Assembly (NCBI GenBank): GCA_002269645.1
Contig: NIVC01003177.1
Coordinates: forward strand, 1-64,000
Length of the DNA stretch: 64,000 nt
Source: Macrostomum lignano
Taxonomy: Eukaryota
Reading direction: 5' to 3'
Part shown: in pieces, positions 63,052-64,000 of the stretch
Layout: each line of letters begins with the position of its first letter
How positions within the stretch are numbered: position 1 is the first letter of the stretch
The notes under the pieces: generated by a model
What the model saw: the letters and a program-made list of their open reading frames with translations, nothing else
Told to the model about the DNA's origin: nothing
The model's database searches: none
Program-made: the position numbers and the translations under genes

Positions 63052-63531
63052 CTGTTTGCCTTCGTTCAGTCGCCAGAGCCGCACGTCCTGCGTCAGATTA
63101 AATATGGACAGCGGCAGCCAAGCCAACCCAAACAGCGTCGCCACGCCCGCTAGCAAAGCGTTCGCTCGCCGCTGTCGCCGTTTCTCCTGGCGCCGCCTCA
63201 GAGGTCCGAGCACGGCCAGACGGCGGGCCAGACGGGCGCGAATCAGAGCGGCGGTGAACAGCAGAGCCGCCAGCGGCAGGGCGTACTGAACGCACAGACA
63301 GGCGCCGCTGTAGGCCACTTTGAGCTCGCGAATCAGACTTCCAGAGGTTGCTTCACCGCAGGCTAGGCCAGATGTACCAGCGCCCTGGTCAAGCCGCAAC
63401 AGGTCCCTGGTGAGTTCGCCAAATAGCAGTGCGGGACTGGCGGCTGCCAGAGCGGCCAGCCAGATTGCCGCGATGGCAATGCGACTGCCGCGAGCGGCCG
63501 GGCCGAAGGCTGATACGGGCCGAAGCACCGC
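63052..63531 (-). CDS. Neuropeptide GPCR exon (end of TM3 to TM6); TM1-TM3 exons lie upstream, probably outside the window
   Basis: Acceptor ttttccag|GCG (AVLRP), TM4 IWLAALAAASP, ECL2 Cys, TM5 QYALPL, TM6 FGLAWLPLSIFN. Phase-0 donor CAG|gtttgt. Confidence 0.85.
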
Positions 63532-64000
63532 CTGGAAAATGAAGTGCATCGCGAGACAATTACATGTAGAATTAGTCGCTTCGCAGTTTAGCAGTACTTT
63601 CAAGACACTCGATAAAACTGCATTGTAACACGATTCAGCCAAAATCTGTCAAGAGAAGAAGATCGCGCTGCTATGCACACAGCTGCCATTACATGTAACT
63701 GTTAGCTGGGGTATTTGATTTTATGATGTTATGACAGTCTGCACTGCTTCAGTAAAAAGAATTGAATTGGACAGACTTTGAGCTTGATTCAAGCTGACAA
63801 TATTTTTGCAAAATTTCGATCGCATTGCATAGCCGTGTCATCGGATTTCATTACTCAAATTTCATCAATCTAGCAAAGTAGATAGCAGATTCATAGCAGA
63901 AGCTTATTTTGATGAAAATGGGATTCATTCTAAATGGCATGTTTTCTAGTGGCTTTGACACTGCCGAGTTTTGAGAGAAATGGCCCAGACACATAGCTCT

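Noticed and set aside
63532-63642. N-terminal part of the 199-aa GPCR ORF (MAESCYN...MHFIFQ)
   Set aside because: Intronic read-through upstream of the acceptor ttttccag|; not receptor-like.

Overview
Repeat-rich animal genomic DNA with AT-rich intergenic/intronic sequence and GC-richer exons. The style suggests a free-living flatworm such as Macrostomum, which is inference only. Host genes in order: CEPT1-like phosphotransferase (minus, 2 exons visible, exon 2 has three 1-nt deletions); an orphan 134-aa ORF; an intronless MIS12-like kinetochore gene; an intronless PHPT1/Janus gene; an ornithine-decarboxylase-fold pseudoenzyme (antizyme-inhibitor-like, plus); a complete 7-exon LTA4H (minus, 622 aa); an intronless neuropeptide prohormone; and the 3' part of an NPY/NPF-receptor-like GPCR. 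Mobile DNA: a truncated hAT transposase, several hAT-type MITEs with 8-bp TSDs, a decayed Mag-clade Ty3/gypsy element, non-LTR RT fragments, tRNA-headed SINEs, Helitron-like ends and many mini/microsatellites. The top finding is not in the ORF track. The ODC-like gene has an AUG-free leader carrying a spliced, AUU-initiated 48-codon uORF (ITRKKKRRR...EPPWDP...), split by a 9.8-kb repeat-filled intron. This matches the polyamine-sensing uCC of AZIN1/ODC mRNAs. All exon structures were derived by eye and by recalled homology; no database searches were run.
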